This document shows, one piece after another, positions 63,499-64,000 of a DNA stretch of 64,000 nucleotides (its first letter is position 1; the number at the start of each line of letters is the position of its first letter). Source of the DNA: Raillietiella orientalis. Its lineage: Eukaryota. The stretch spans positions 1 to 64,000 of the forward strand of contig JAYWIR010000087.1 of NCBI GenBank assembly GCA_036172245.1, read 5' to 3'. The notes under the pieces were generated by a model. That model was not told the origin of the DNA and did no database searches. It saw only the letters and a list, made by a program, of their open reading frames with translations. The position numbers and the translations under genes are program-made.

Positions 63499-64000
63499 GC
63501 GCCCTTGCGGTCGCAATTAACTTGCGGAAAGCATTCGATTGCGTCCACTAGAATCTTCTTCTGGTGCTTCTGGAACGCTTGGGCTTCCTGGCCTCTTTAG
63601 TGGCCTATCTGCGCTCCTGCTGCCGCGACGCGCTCATCAACGTTACTTTCAGCGGGCAGTCCGTGTACGGCGTGCCGTTTCGGCGTGGGATACGGCAAAG
63701 AGACAGCCTGAGCCCCTTGCTCTTCAGTACGTACTTTGAGTTGGTACTGAGAGCGTACAGGGGATCTCTGGCGCACCTGCCGCACGATTGTGCCAGTACG
63801 CCGGCCGTTTCAGCGTACGCGGACGACATTCTGCTGCTGCTCCCTATGTCCACCCCGGCTGCGGCGGTCGAGGAGTTCTTCGACCTGCTGCATCGGGGAA
63901 CCGGACTTACGGGGAACAGGGTGAAGTCGTCCGTGATGCCAGTTGGTGCGGCGTGGGCAGGGCAGCAGGACTGGGTCCGTTTGGGGATCCCCACAGAGAG
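63499..64000 (+). mobile_element. Element Z: C/L-like RT fragment antisense to A', running out of the window
   Basis: AVAINLRKAFDCV..RQRDSLSP..LAHLPHDC..YADD. Confidence 0.8.

Noticed and set aside
1..64000. Bacterial RT systems (group II intron, retron, DGR) or CRISPR array
   Set aside because: APE plus RT plus CCHC with zinc-knuckle ORF1 and AATAAA is non-LTR architecture; no repeat-spacer array seen
1..64000. snRNA, tRNA, rRNA or microsatellite targets typical of other Tx1 elements
   Set aside because: No such sequence recognised at any junction; the flanks are other LINE sequences

Overview
The whole 64 kb window is a eukaryotic cluster of nested non-LTR retrotransposons (LINEs), most likely of the L1/Tx1 group. 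No host gene was recognised. About 20 full-length, truncated or interrupted copies from several related families are present. An intact unit is about 5.5-5.9 kb and consists of: a short 5' leader with GGACGTGTTT; ORF1 (two CCHC zinc knuckles, Lys/Ala-rich tail); a TAATG/TGATG (or TAACA) stop-start overlap; ORF2 (APE endonuclease, reverse transcriptase, C-terminal CCHC); a structured 3' UTR; and AATAAA plus a terminal CCCGG..CCGGG hairpin with no poly(A) tail. All copies carry stops or frameshifts. The main observation is that the elements insert into each other at family-specific sites lying in conserved coding motifs of ORF2: the RT KAFD and NADAK motifs, the APE EQAQEI, GDFN and GRLY motifs, and the RNLQxWD linker. 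Insertion is mostly antisense, with target-site duplications, head-to-tail tandems at the same site and reciprocal targeting between families. This suggests a guild of site-specific retrotransposons whose target is their own relatives. Element letters (A-Z) are my own labels. Coordinates were counted by hand and junctions may be off by a few bases.
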